The notes under the pieces were generated by a model, which ran no database searches, had not been told where the DNA came from, and was given only the letters and a program-made list of their open reading frames with translations. A stretch of DNA of 63,657 bases, the filler included, from Dimorphilus gyrociliatus (lineage: Eukaryota; Animalia; Annelida), in assembly GCA_904063045.1 (NCBI GenBank). It is 5 parts of 5 records of this genome, joined end to end, with 100 filler letters (N's around TTAATTAATTAA, not from the genome) between each part and the next. Parts side by side here need not be neighbours in the genome. Positions count along the whole stretch, not along the records: positions 20,794 to 38,455 come from CAJFCJ010000076.1; 4 more parts are not named here. One strand, written 5' to 3'. This document shows, piece after piece, positions 23,843 through 36,989 of the stretch. Position 1 is the first letter of the stretch, and each line of letters begins with the position of its first letter. Made by a program: the position numbers and the translations under genes.

Positions 23843-26800
23843 TCATTCCTTAGTTTTTAAATATTTATAACCAACAGCCTCTTCATAAGTCGGTAACTCA
23901 GCAAAATTCTCTGATGATTTTGTGTTTGGTTCCTCAGCAGATTCATCAATAGATTCTTGTGAGAATTCATAAGTAGAATTTTCTTCAGATTCATCAGCAG
24001 CATATCTTGCAGATTGATAAGTAGCGTATTCTGGAGTCTCATCAGCAACATTCTCCTCTACAGACACATCAATATTATGTTCTGCAGATTCATCAAGACC
24101 ATATTGTGTAGAGTCATCAGTAGGATATCGTGCAGATTCCTCATTGCTACCCTCTTCATCAGTAGCATCTTCCTCATATTCGTTTGTAGCATATTGTTCA
24201 GATTCCACATTGCTATCCTCTCTATATTTCTCAGTAGCATTCTCCTCACATTTATCAGGAGAATATTGTGTACACTCCTCAGCCAGATTCTCAAAAGATC
24301 CATCAAGAGAATCCTCTTCCTCTTCCTCTGCAGACTCATCTGTAGCAACTTCTGCAATGCTTTCTATATTCGTCATCTCACTTCTTACTGGTTCTTCATT
24401 TGCAATGGTTTTTCTACAGCTTTTATTCTTATGCAATTTCCAGTAGAGACTTATCAAAAGTATCAAAACTATTATGGAAGAAAGAAATTTTTTAAATTGC
24501 AGTGAAAGCAGTTACTATAGGGCTATGTTCACATAAAAGACGAAATTTTTAAAACGATGATCTTTGAATCACCCACATATATACACGTATGTAGAGTTAA
24601 AAAAATTTTACCTACAAAGCCACCCATAATTCCTAAACTTCCACCTAAAGAGGGAGCGATAGATTTTGATGAACCTTTGGGTTTCTCAATAAACTTGACA
24701 CATTTAATTGGTATTACACATTCAGTTCTTCTATGAATATATCTTATGTTCCATTTGGTATAACACCAAGCGCAATGCTTTAATTTGGAACATGTTCTGT
24801 AGGATTAAGATAAAATAATGTTATTTTAAAAGAGGGGAGAGGCGACTGCATAAGTATTACAACAACTGACTTTTCTTCATTGCCATAACAACTTGGTTTT
24901 CTTCCACATTGTGCAAAATACGCTTTTGAATGAACTGGAAATTGTTTAATTAATGCAACAGAGCAGATTGGAGTTTTTTCTCTGTGATTGAATGAAAAAC
25001 TATGTAAATTTAAAATTATTCACTTGAATAAGAAAGGAAAGATAAGTAACCTTTGACCTAATTGGCAATCATAAAATTCATTGGGCATGAAACAAGGACA
25101 TTGGCATTCAATATTTTCTTGGCAACTTGCCATTTCTGGCTTGCACTTTAAGCAATAATTCTCAAATAAAAGCTCGTCATTTCTATTAATGATTATCAAA
25201 ATGGCATTTGAATTTCTAATCTTTTGAATAGTAAAGAATCTTCCAGAATACATTTCACCATCAAATATGACCTAGTTTAGAGTATTCAAATTGTTTGAAT
25301 TGTTTATGCACACAACTGAGAGACAAAACTGACCTTCCAAAATAATTGGTTTTTCAACTTTAAAGTGTTGAAACACTGTCTTCTCTGAAGAATGTTTTTG
25401 GAAATGAGCTCACTAGATAATTTGGGTTCTATTGATATTATATGCATATAGGAATGTGTGTCATTTGGATTTTGGGCTGCTTGTTTGTAGCTGATCACTA
25501 ATCCACTGACATCAATCATTATGCAACTATATAGGCTTAATTGGCATTTCGGAATGAATTTTTCCATGGTGTAATAGAAATAACCAACTCTGATTTCCAA
25601 TCCCATAATTCCTAGTACATTGTCCTGACTGTCATGTTTGCCATTTTGACGTCCTTCATATACAACATGGCTCACAGTATTAATCCAGTCAGTCTGGATG
25701 TTGTTCCTCTCAATTGGAGATATAGCAATTTTGCCCTTATGAAACATTGTTCTCTTGTACCAAGATTGGTGTGTTGGTGTGAATTGCTCGGCTAACTCAT
25801 ATCCAGGAAATGATTTAAATACACCTAATTTTGAGCCATAAAACCTAAAGCCATATGGTGTTGAGTATTTATTATCCAATTGTGACCATATTCTATCCAA
25901 TTGATGAGTCATAGCCATTTCTGACCAAATTTGGTTTTTAAATATTGAATTCTTGGATTTTCCTTTTAAGTAGTTCTCATAAGAAGTTAATATGCTGTAA
26001 GACTCCATAGAACTCAAATACTGATATGGTTGAAGAAATAATTCTGGACCAAATTTTATTGTGGTGATATTTCTTGAAATGATTTTTGCTTTGTATGGAC
26101 AACCACTGGATATTTTGTGATAAGCCAATTGATGATAGGATAGTCTAAATTGATTGTTTGTTAAATAGTCATTTTCGGCTACTACAAAACAAATCATAAA
26201 TCTAAATTCCTTAGTCTTCACCCAATAATATTTAGATGACACATTCTGAACATCTATTCCATCATATATAGAAATACCAAGTGAATTTATTCTCTGTGTA
26301 ACTGCTGCAAATGATCCTTCTGTTGAACTAAGAAAGAGGGAAGTAGTGATTAGCAAGTCTGAACAATTATTTGAATTACCTTATCATTTGATCAATTTGT
26401 AGAGGTGAAAGTTGAGGTTCAAGGAAGTTGAATGGTAAATATGTTAAAGTTTGAAAAGTGTGAGAAGGTGGAGAGATAAGAGGATGTAATAATGCCCGGT
26501 TCATTGAATCCGTTAAAAAGGTGTATGAAGATTGAGCACCAAGAAAAAATTCAATATCCGAAAATATATCTGTAAAACTGACATCAATACGTGCTACTCC
26601 CAGAAATCCATAAATCCATATTGGCATACAAAATGATATTAAAAGACCATCAATTCCATTATAAAATGGGGAAGTGACAAGTACATTTCTATTTTTATTA
26701 CTATCCTTCAAAGATTTGTAGAAAGTTGCCAATTCAAATTTGATTTTATCAACATCTCTTACAAATTTAAACATTCCTTGCTGTTCAAAATTTCCATTAT

Positions 26801-28233
26801 ATTTGTATGTTTTTGTTGAAATCTCTTGAAGAAATGTTAATGTTTCATTGTTGATATCTGTTCAAAAAATATCACTATTAACAAATTCAGCTGAGTAGTT
26901 TTTGAGAAATTGTTGACATAATTGTGGATACCTACTATCTCCAACTGCATATGTGAAAATTGGACTGTTAATGGATTTTTCAATAAATTGTTTAACAGTT
27001 GTAATATCAGAATTTGGTGTTGAATATGTTAAAAATATTATAAGTTTTTCTGAAAGGAAAATGTTTTTATAGACTCTGATTTGAGTAATTTATCAAACAG
27101 AGACCTCTAGTTCCAACATTTAATGCTTTATCCATAGATGATGATGAAAATATGGAGAAAGTGGTGTTGAATGCATCAATGTAGTTGGCAATTCCTTGAG
27201 CATTAAGTTGATGAATGAATTTTTTTAAATGTTTCTTATTGTTTGGTGTGACAAACATGAATTTATTGCCCTGGCATGTTTTATCATCTGTAAAAGGGCT
27301 GAAATGTGAGGTGGACATCGCAACAAGAGAAAGTCTATCTTGGTCATTCAGAGTATTGATTAGAGTGTCTACTGCCTCTACAAAATAACTTTGTATCTCT
27401 CGACCTTGAACTGTATTAGATGTCTTTTCTTGATGGGAGAAAGAATTTATGATAAGACTGGATAATCATAATGTTTAAATGTATTGAACTATACCTGAGT
27501 TGTCAAAAATCAAAACTATGTCTTTCTTAATAGGATTACTTGCCTGAGCATACCAAGATTGGTATCTGTGATCATTGTTTCTTGGCCATACTATTCTAGG
27601 ACCCGATATCATAACAACACCTTGTTCAGTGCCAATATATTGACTTTTAATAAATTCATATTTTTTAGAATTTTTCTGTATTAACTTGATTATTTGAGCA
27701 GTTGGAACTTTGGCAAGATTTAACTTTTCCCTCTTTGCAATACAAAAGCCTTTCGGTTTGACTATATTACAACTCTTTGATATATTATCAGTTTCATAGA
27801 ATTGATAATATTTATCTGTTATAGTCTTTGTTAACGAGGCTAATGCAATTTTTCTTTCATTCAATTTCAATTCAAGTGATCTCAATAACTGAAAAAGGAT
27901 TCTATTATTTTAATAAAAAATTAATCAAGCTACCTTTTACTTTTTTGAGTACATCCTGGCTGTTTGAGTTATTCAATAACTGCTTTTTATACAGTATATT
28001 TGTCTCTTGGTCTAAATATTTCTAGAAATGAATTGTTCTTAAATGTGATTGTCATTATTAAGGTGTTTTATTTTTTTTAGTTATTAAAACTACCATACCT
28101 GATAGGCTGACAAACCTAGCTTATCATGTAGTAAATTGGCAATTTCATTCTCAAAGTTCCTTGTATCACTGGTATAGCCATTGATTGTTACCATGGTTAC
28201 TATATAAACAGCGACAGCTTTTATCAAAAGCAT
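23843..28233 (-). CDS. CACHD1: VWA and Cache domain-containing protein 1-like (alpha2delta-related), multi-exon
   Basis: Signal MLLIKAVAVYIVTMVTING...LHDKLGLSAYQ. RYQSWYAQASNPIKKDIVLIFDNSG (VWA). VTSPFYNGIDGLLISFCMP...GVARIDV (Cache). FYGSKLGVFKSFPG...QSWYKR (second Cache). Cys-rich PSI-like part, TM segment, then an acidic tail ending LPTYEEAV. Confidence 0.8.
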
Positions 28234-28759
28234 GTTATACACTGAGTAAGATATATCAGTTTGCTATTCTAAAACGATTAAATGTTTTGTGGATAGACAT
28301 TTGGATCAATAAGTTGATAGAGAGCGCCCCCTGGTCTACTGGTAATATTTTCTGCTTTAGATGCCATAATTTTTGCAGTAATTCACATTTTTCTTTAAAG
28401 GGGGTAATAGGCAAAGATGTGCTTGCTGAATTGGAAGGTTCCTAATCAATTGAAATCTATTTGCCATTTCCAACATAATGAGAGTGGGGACTGTACAGTA
28501 TTGAAACAGGTACCAGTCTTTTGGTAACTTATTCAATCATGTTGACTCTATTGTGTAGATTGGCAATTGCCGGAAATGACCGTTGCTAGTGCAATAAATG
28601 TAAATACTATAAAGAAAGATCTGTTTTAGTCTAACAGTGATTAAAATTTGCAGTACTGTCATTTATTTTAGTGAAGCTGGGAGAAAAACTGCAATTGGTT
28701 CAACTGTTTGAACCACAATATAATTGCTTGTAAACTTGTCATTTTACTCTGCAAGGCTA

Positions 28760-28905
28760 AAGGTTAGATTTTAGATTGAAAAATGGTTAGGATGAATAAG
28801 ATATAGGGATACCATCTGAGGGTTACAGCTATTGAAAATGGCTGGGCAAACCCAAGTTAGGATTAGGGTAAAAGCAAAGATTTGTGGATGTATTCCATGA
28901 CATGC
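28760..28905 (-). mobile_element. Degenerate MITE copy
   Basis: GATTGAAAAATGGTTAGG...GTTAGGATTAGGGTAAAAGC...TTTGTGGATG matches the MITE skeleton. Confidence 0.6.
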
Positions 28906-29019
28906 CTTAAACATACCAGCTTTTATATATGGTAAAAGTTAACAATCCATTTAATGAGGTTGGCCTTTTTGATCAAAATTGCATAGAAAAGAATTGTCTT
29001 GTGGAATATATTCGAAAAA

Positions 29020-29330
29020 CTTATACTGATGGTAACATTTGAAAGCTAAAGTTTTGGTCTTTCTATCTACTTATCAGAACAAACAATAAAGGTAAAGGTT
29101 GGCAAACAAGATTAACTAGAGCAGTAGGAATTAATAAAAATTTCTACTATCTTATCAAAGAATTAGCAAGAGAGGCTGAACTAATACATGTTAACAAATT
29201 GTTATCAGAGGGGAAGTTTAAGAAATTACAGTAAAGGAAATGTGAAAACCTACAGGCCAATATTTTATGGGATCAGTTTGAAAGAAGAGAAACCAGTCTA
29301 GATAATCTTTTAGATCAATTAGTTACATTA
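29020..29330 (+). mobile_element. MULE transposase C-terminal relic
   Basis: RTNNKGKGWQTRLTRA resembles the RTNNxxEGWHxRLN motif. Confidence 0.55.
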
Positions 29331-29699
29331 AATGTTTAAAATGTCTGTTTTAGTATACTTTTCTTTCTCTAAATAGTTATTATCACTCAGCAATATTTTC
29401 AATAAATATTTAACACACTTAAAATGTTTTTAACAAAACAGATCAAATATCCTAAAAAGTAAGACTAAATTGACATCCAAATGGACAAAATGTCCAGGGG
29501 CAAAACATCCTAGAATGGGAAAATAGAACTACAAAATATTGTGCAAGCAATATTCAAATGCCTATGTACTAATAGTCTAAGAAAATACAGTATTGACACT
29601 TAGATATAGATGTCTACTGCAGAGAGATGATCTGTAACATTTAAATGTTTCATCACAAATCATATTTATTTCATTATTTATTTAATGTAAACTGGATAC

Positions 29700-30240
29700 T
29701 CAAGGTATAAATATTATTGTTAGTGTTCCTTCATTTCCAATAGCAACTATACAACCAAGGTGTTTTGACTTTAGATTATCATTTTCTGACAATTTCATTA
29801 GTACTCCACCAGATGCATACCCAGGATATCCATCTACAGCTAAATTATTTGATTTGAGCACTCTTGTCTTTTTGTGTCTATTGATATCAATGTAGATCTC
29901 AATTCTATTATTTTTATTTTGACTTGGTATATTAAATGCAATGCAATACCAGCAAGATTTTGTAAATAAATATGTTCATCTGCATATAATCTCTGAATAA
30001 AACTTATTGATTGCATAACTGGTGATGTAAAACTGTTAGAAAACTCAATAGTGGTAAGCTCTTTTGATTATGACATCTAAAATAAAACCCAATTTTAGAA
30101 TTTCTAGAATATTTAGACCATGATCCAAAGTTTATAAAATAATACCCTTCTTCAAATACTCTAAATCTATTACCACTTGTTAAAAATCTTCTTATTGCAA
30201 TAATATTTGGTAAGTGTACTTCACCATTAAAATTCATTGA
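29700..30240 (-). pseudogene. Truncated paralog of the C1q domains of the 6002-7949 gene
   Basis: FEEGYYFINFG, and GGVLMKLSENDNLKSKHLGCIVA...TLTIIFIP* versus GGLVQMDKGDILRVKYTGCLIA...MSIFFVP*. A MITE end lies at about 30285-30324 just upstream. Confidence 0.55.
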
Positions 30241-32603
30241 ATTGTTATATTATAGTAAAAGGGACCATGTAGGGACATTCATGTCTTGAAATTTCTTATT
30301 TGTGGACATTTTCTGTCAACCCCCATTACCATTCATTGAATTGTCACGAGCAGCAAATAAATAGCTTTTAGGGGTTATGGGAAGAATGTCCCATTTTTGA
30401 AAAGAATGTCATCCATATTTTTGGGTATTTTTTGTGAAACAATCACATCTGTTTTTCAAATATAATTTTTTAATGGGAAATTTTGCAATAAATTTCATAA
30501 AAACCTTTGCTGCACTTAAAATGCATGCAATATGTATGATTACATACTGAACATTTATGTACTGATCTCTTTCCATAAATCCTTTTCTTACATTGATAAC
30601 AAGTGGCAGCCATTGTCTATAAAGAGAAGGTTCAATTAAAGATATAATAAAAAAAAACCTTCACTTAGCCAATTGTGAAAAACACTTAACCTGCACCTAT
30701 TCAATTCTATACTAATATTGAATAATTACCTTATCTCTTTTTCAAATGAAATAATCCCATATTTTTTAATTTAGAGAAACTTCATAAAATAACTACTTCT
30801 GTGCACTTAGAATTATCAACATAATAATATTTAGGCTTTATATATTATAGAACTTTAGAAAGGCTTTTATTTCGTAGCAATTATAATGGGGGAACTATAG
30901 AAGGACTTTTATGTTGTAGGAATTATAATGATGGAGGTTGGGTATGTTCGCACCCCTACTCTTTAGGGGAATGCACCCAAGGTGGGTGCCAATGTTGTGA
31001 AAAAACAACAAACCTTATGAATATTTTTCAAAGACAAATTCAAATTTATAGACAAATCATTCCACTTATCTCCAAAACTGTGTAAATGTTTGAATAGTCT
31101 GGTTCCAACTCCTCTATAATAGCCAAAAAATACTTTAAATGTAATTATACAACTTTTGTAGTTTTGATGTAATAGTTAGGCACAGTGAGCGTTTTCAACA
31201 ACCCCCAGAAATTCCTACAATTACAATACAACAAAGTACAATATAAAAAAAGAGTTGCCTTTGTACTTTGTTGTATTGTAATTGTAGGAATTTCTGGTTC
31301 GTCACAAGTGTAATCGTCCTTTCCAATCATCTACCAATTTGCCGAAGTACTGGTCCAAATAGAACCTTTAAAGTTCGTCCACAAGTAGTTCAACAAATGT
31401 AATTTCGGTATTTAAACATTTATTACAATTTTTCTTAACATATGAAAAGATATTTCTTTCAACATTATTGTCACCTGGTCTACATATGTAACATGACACT
31501 TCTTCAAAATCGGATACAACATCAGAATAACAGGGGTGATTGTAACTATTTAGGCAGTTGGAAAATTTTTTCTGATTGTAGCAGTGTTGTTTTGTATCAA
31601 ATGACAAAATTAATTTTTGTTGAATCAAGTTGATATTCCTTTGTGCATTTTAATAAGTTTTTAGAACAATCTGATAAGCATTATTGTATGTCATTAGACA
31701 TATTGTAAACTTAAGAATATCTGGATATTTTAAATGCATGTGAAAAACTAGGGTAATACATCAGTGTTATCAGTGTTAAGTCAACACTACCAATATGTTT
31801 TAGAATAGAGCTGATGAGTATAGGTGTACAATAAATATAACTGATATAACTCTATGATATTATTAATTAATGATTTAGATAATAAAGATAACTTCAGAGA
31901 TAAACAATTTTATCTATTAATTAAAATATACTCTGGTAAAATTTATAGCGTCCCACTTCTCATTTCATTTCTATGATATACTCCATACAACTTAATAGAT
32001 ATAAAGTAAGTGACACAAAAATTGTTATGTAAATTCCTTTCAAAAAGCATTTAGGTAAATTTTACATAAAAATTTTTTGACAAAATTATTGTTGTTTTAT
32101 GACTTCATTTTATTATTTAACCTGTGTGATATGATTTTTTTTCAATTTTTTCAACTTTATGTAAATAAAGCAATCTATAATTTTGGGAGGAATTAAGCAA
32201 CAAAATGCCAGTTTTGAAAGTTGAAATCTGACAGTCTCATAATTCTCATGTAACATGAAAGACTTGTTAAATCACACATATAAAATGTGTAATTCTAAGA
32301 TTAGTGCCACATGCCAAACATGTTCCACTGCAACCAGGCCTGCCTGATCAGTATCTGTTGTTTGACATGCATCTTTTCCATGTTCTTTGTTCCCTTGTTC
32401 ATTCCCAAGTAGCCATCATCTGCTATGGTCAAAGAGTCTATTTCTTACGAAATAGAGTTCTTTCTAAAGTACTAAAAGGTAACACTACGAAATAAAAGTC
32501 TTTCTAAAGTTCCACCACTATAATTCCTTCAAAATTGAAGTCTTTCTAAAGTACGCTTATATCTAAAGTCTAAGTATTCATATATCAGTATATCTAAATG
32601 CAT

Positions 32604-33360
32604 GGGTGACAGGTGAAACCGTACCTGGGTGAAACTGTATCCAGGTGAAATCGTACCCATTGGTGGTGAATCTCTTGCTGTGACCAAGTAAAACTGTTAT
32701 TGTTGATTGTTGATTGATATTTCATCATTATTTGTATTTGAATCTCTAAGATCATCACCTTTTCTGTTATCTGTTGTCTCTTCATCAATCTTTTCATCTT
32801 CATTCTCATCCATTGCAACTCTTTCTTTCATTCCTTGATCTTCTAGTCTTGTCATTTGAAGAAGACACTGTCTTTTTTCACAATCCAGACAAACTGACAG
32901 CCTGGAATCTGAAAGGAAGTAATTGTATATTTACAATTGACCAGATGAATTACAAAATTCTTACTGATGATACATTTTTCATGAAGAAGCTCATTACATA
33001 GCAAACAGAATTTTCTCTTCTGTCTTCCATAAACTGTAAGTTTGCAATTTTGGCACTTGATTGCCATATTTCAAAATGTGCAGATTTGAAATGTTTAATT
33101 TATTATTTGAAAAGCAGCAGAAAACTTTGAAACAAATATTTATAATACTATTTCAAGATTCTCTTATCAAGTGACAAACAAATTCAAAATGGCTGACATG
33201 AAAAAAACTGGTACTGGTATAATTATTTCATTTTTTGATTTTCTCATGTTCACAGTTAAAATTTTATCCAGGTACGATTTCACCCTCAATGCGTACAGTT
33301 TCACCCTCAATGGGTACGGTTTCACCCAGGTACAGTTTCACCCAGGTACGGATTCACCCC
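32604..33360. mobile_element. Foldback-like element whose TIRs are arrays of GGGTGAAACTGTACC, enclosing a PHD-finger-like ORF (33067-32852, minus)
   Basis: Repeat array 32604-32672 is inverted at 33271-33360. A third array lies at about 35934-36006. Internal CQNC...CLLCNELLHEKC. Confidence 0.6.
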
Positions 33361-33652
33361 TATTCAATGCATGTGCCACAATTTTATTCATTAAAAGTTG
33401 GCCTATAAAAACTTATGTGTGTTCAGTTTTTCCTGTCACTTATTTGATAATATAATATATACAAGAAACATGGAGTTTTGACTTTGCTATGATATAATTT
33501 GTAATCAAATTTTTATGTGAAACATTTTAAAAGATCATTTTGAACAGATCACATTGGACATTTCTGACATATAAATATTGACTTTAGGTAAACAGTGTAG
33601 CTATCAACCCAGGCTAAAAAATTTCCAAATTATTTTTCTACTTCGAAGAAGA

Positions 33653-34785
33653 ATGTTTATATCAAGAACCTGACTCATTTTTGGTATTTGTGTAATGATA
33701 AGTCTAATTGGAACAATAACACATATCATGAATCAACACTTTTTGCTGGAAAATTATTTGTATTTGAATGACTTCAATTCTCAAGGAGAATTACAGACTA
33801 GCAAGGTACATTTAAAAATAAAAATCATAAAATAAAGAGCAATTGTTGAGAATAATTTTTCAAGCAGGATACATATACTGATTTGAATACAAGGGAATTA
33901 TATGTCTTGTGTATACCAGAAAAAGGTTTTGCTAATACCATAAGGTCATTAGTATCTTGTAAAATTCTATCTGAAGTTTTTAACAGAACTGCACTAATTT
34001 TTTCAAATATTCCAAAAGAAGACTGCTCCATTAATAGATTTTTTACTCTTGACTCTATTAAAGTTGTTAAGAAGAATGAATTGAAAACTCATAAATTTAC
34101 TACAAAGAGACTTCTTTATTCCGATGTGATCACTATTCAAAAACTAATGGCTAGTACAGATAAAGTTTTGGCCATCAGGAGCTTTAATTTTTTTTTAAAG
34201 TCAAAAACATTGGCAAACCTTCAACTTCCAACTGAGAAATTTAAGGGAAACAAAACAGATATAGCTCTGTTTGTAGAATACTTTGATAAACTATTTAAAC
34301 CAAAGGGATTACTGTTAAATCAGCTTCAGTCTCATATCAACAATTTTAGACAATATAACAGGGTTGTATGTGTTCAATTAAGAACTGGCTGGACTGAAGC
34401 TGATCATCCCAGGAAATGGACTGAGAAATGCATTAAAACTGCTTTAAATCATAAAAAAGCTACATTTTCTAAAAGAAATTCAATTGTATATTTTACACTT
34501 GACAGTTTGGTCTGGAAGAAATATATAATGAGCAATACTAAATATCCAGTATATTTTGTCAAAGGCATGCCTGGTCACTTCAGAGAAAAAAAGATCTCTT
34601 GCCAATCAATTTTAAATATTTACATAGAATTCTTTCTCTTGGGACAGTGTAATGAGGCCTTTATAAGTGAGGGTTCAACATATGGAAAATATGGAGTTGC
34701 AAGAAGTGTTGCTAGGAAGAATGTTTCAGTAATGACATGTGTAAATGGAAGTTATATGCAGAGAAAAAGCAGAATAGGGAATTAG
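33653..34785 (+). CDS. GT-B fucosyltransferase-like protein (NodZ/alpha-1,2/1,6/O-FucT superfamily), type II membrane; early in-frame TGA
   Basis: KGFANTIRSLVSCKILSEVFNRT, VCVQLRTG, VYFTLDS and FFLLGQCNEAFISEGSTYG match FucT motifs I-III. Exon 1 (signal anchor) is joined by phase-0 intron 33806-33867. TGA at 33671-33673, with an alternative ATG downstream. Confidence 0.7.
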
Positions 34786-35238
34786 AAACATGAATGGATT
34801 TTCATTTCATTCATTTTTAATTGTCCTACATATCAGAGAAAAAATATTTTGATATTTCAATATATTACTATCATAACTGTTAAATTTACCAATATCATGT
34901 AAAAATTTACAGGCAACTAACAAACTTGTTTCATTAAAAAAATATTGTTTAAAATACCCACAACTGATTAAGTGCTGTTTTCTATCTATTATTCTGATTA
35001 GCTATTAATAAATTAAGTTACAAATTTAAAAAAAAAAACAGTTTTAGCTTTCAGTTCTTTGATTATCAGCTGGAATATTTTTCCATTATTGAGCATTAAA
35101 ACTTCATACTTTTCTACTGAAAGATTTCATAATAGTTGTTTCAACAAAAGCACCTCTTTATTGCTACAAAAAGATTTATCAGACAAATGGAATTATATTT
35201 TCATCAGTCTATATAATTCGTACAATTGAATTATAACT

Positions 35239-35305
35239 TGGCCAAACCTTAACTGGTAATTAAAGATGAGTCTTCAAGCTGACTAATCAGATCTGTGTTT
35301 GGCCA
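35239..35305 (-). repeat. Second copy of the 67-bp TGGCCAAAC mini-element
   Basis: Inverted near-copy of 20799-20865, including the flanking AGTTATAATT. Confidence 0.6.
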
Positions 35306-36989
35306 TATGTTGTAGCATTTTCTTACATAGGTTTTAAGAGGTACATATATAAGTTACATAAAGTTCAAGCATGTAAAATATAATCAAACTTGTACACTAA
35401 GGTTACCCTCTAATTACTATAGAACATAAGGTCAGACATGAGTGACAGAGTCTAAGGCTGCTAACAGCCAGGCTCACTGACCTTCAATGCTCGTGAAAGT
35501 AAATGATTTTTAATTGAAATGAAACCATTATGAGGAAAGAATGTTTTCCATTAAGGAGAAAATTGAGATTTAGCAAATATTTAAGAAAGTAAATGTTTAA
35601 AAATTTTTAGACAAACTTGATGTTCTATTTCTAAAAATATTTTGGTGTGTTACTAAATAAGTAATATAGATTATCTGAGTTGGAACAAGAATGGTATTCA
35701 GAAATCTTCAAGAAGGAAAATATGAAATGCCAATTTCTCTCTACATTTTCACTCATTTGAGGTCAAGTACTTTGTTGTTCTGTAATTGAAGGAATTTCTG
35801 TTGCGTTAACAGGGTTACAGGTGATTATTTAGAAGATAAAGAATATTTGATCTGTTTAAAAGGTTTTAAACCCAATGCATCATGTAAATATTTTTTGAAA
35901 TTTATGACTTTTACACCATAAAATATAGAAAAGGGGTGAAACCATACCTGGGTTAAACTGTACCCAGTTGAAATTATTTCATTGAGGGTTAAATTGTACC
36001 CATTGGAGGCACATTAACTACAGAAAAGGATAAATAAAAATAACTATGGAGCATAATATAAGATGATTGGATTGATATTTCATCAGCCAATATCTTTGCA
36101 AATCTATAATTATCTCAAATTTCAAATATTTTCCTCTATATTTTCATATATCTCTTTTTAACATCATCCATTTAGGACATCCAACTTGTATGATTCATTT
36201 TTTCAACATTTGCATACACCTTTAGAATATCTACAAACAAATTAACTGATTTGCTACTTATAAAATTCAGTACATTGAATAATTTCATTTCTTAATTAAT
36301 TTCTTTAAAGTATTGCTTAGTATGGAATCTAGTTGATTAATTTCTAATTTCTCATAACTGTGTATAATGTAGATAGCAGCAAAATATTCTTGAATGGAAT
36401 GATGACAAATTTATAATATTTATTATTATATTTATTTATTAATATAAAACTAGAAAAAAGATAAATATGAACTAGACAGAGTGTCAACTGTAAATTGATG
36501 ATTGGATCAGAGGCAAACCTCAAAGTATCTAAATCCTCACTATTTTCATTCTATTCATTCGTTTCTGGATCTAAGCACCTGAGAAGATCAGCTAGAAAAA
36601 ACCTCCATTGTTGCAATAAAATGATTGATCTGTGAAAACATATAAAGAGATATTTGTAATGATATTGACAAAAAAGTCAAACAAATCTCAATCTTTTAAA
36701 TATTTCTTGTGTCTTTTAAAAAAATGACGCTAAAGGTGACATTTCAAAGGATTTTGTCTTCCATATATTCTCTCTTTACAAATGTAATAAACTGGTGTGA
36801 TTTTCAATCTTGAATCTCAATAATAACCAACTTTTGTCTAAAACTAAAATATGGTTCATGGATGGTACTTTTAAAATTACAAAAGTACTTTACTGAGCTA
36901 CACCAAATGTGGTAAATCATTAGTAAATTCTATTATTTGTCTAGTCATAACCTGGACTGGGAGAGAGAGGAATAGAGGGAGTGGAAGTT

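Noticed and set aside
24014-24505. Plus-strand ORFs 24014-24505 and 24144-24446, and similar shadows (37892-38356, 60191-60394, 63110-63355, 6755-7033, 7633-7932)
   Set aside because: They are antisense or alternative frames of real or low-complexity CDS and carry no motifs.
31145-31700. Cys-rich minus-strand ORFs as a secreted small protein
   Set aside because: There is no recognisable cysteine pattern or start, and the exon structure is unresolved.
32280-32460. piggyBac-type Cys-rich C-terminus (CSGTCLACGTNL) on the minus strand
   Set aside because: It is too short and broken, with no TTAA or TIR evidence.
20799-35305. A 14.5-kb giant element bounded by the two inverted 67-bp repeats
   Set aside because: Each copy has its own TIRs, the interior holds ordinary host genes, and the left flank is a contig end so no TSD can be tested.
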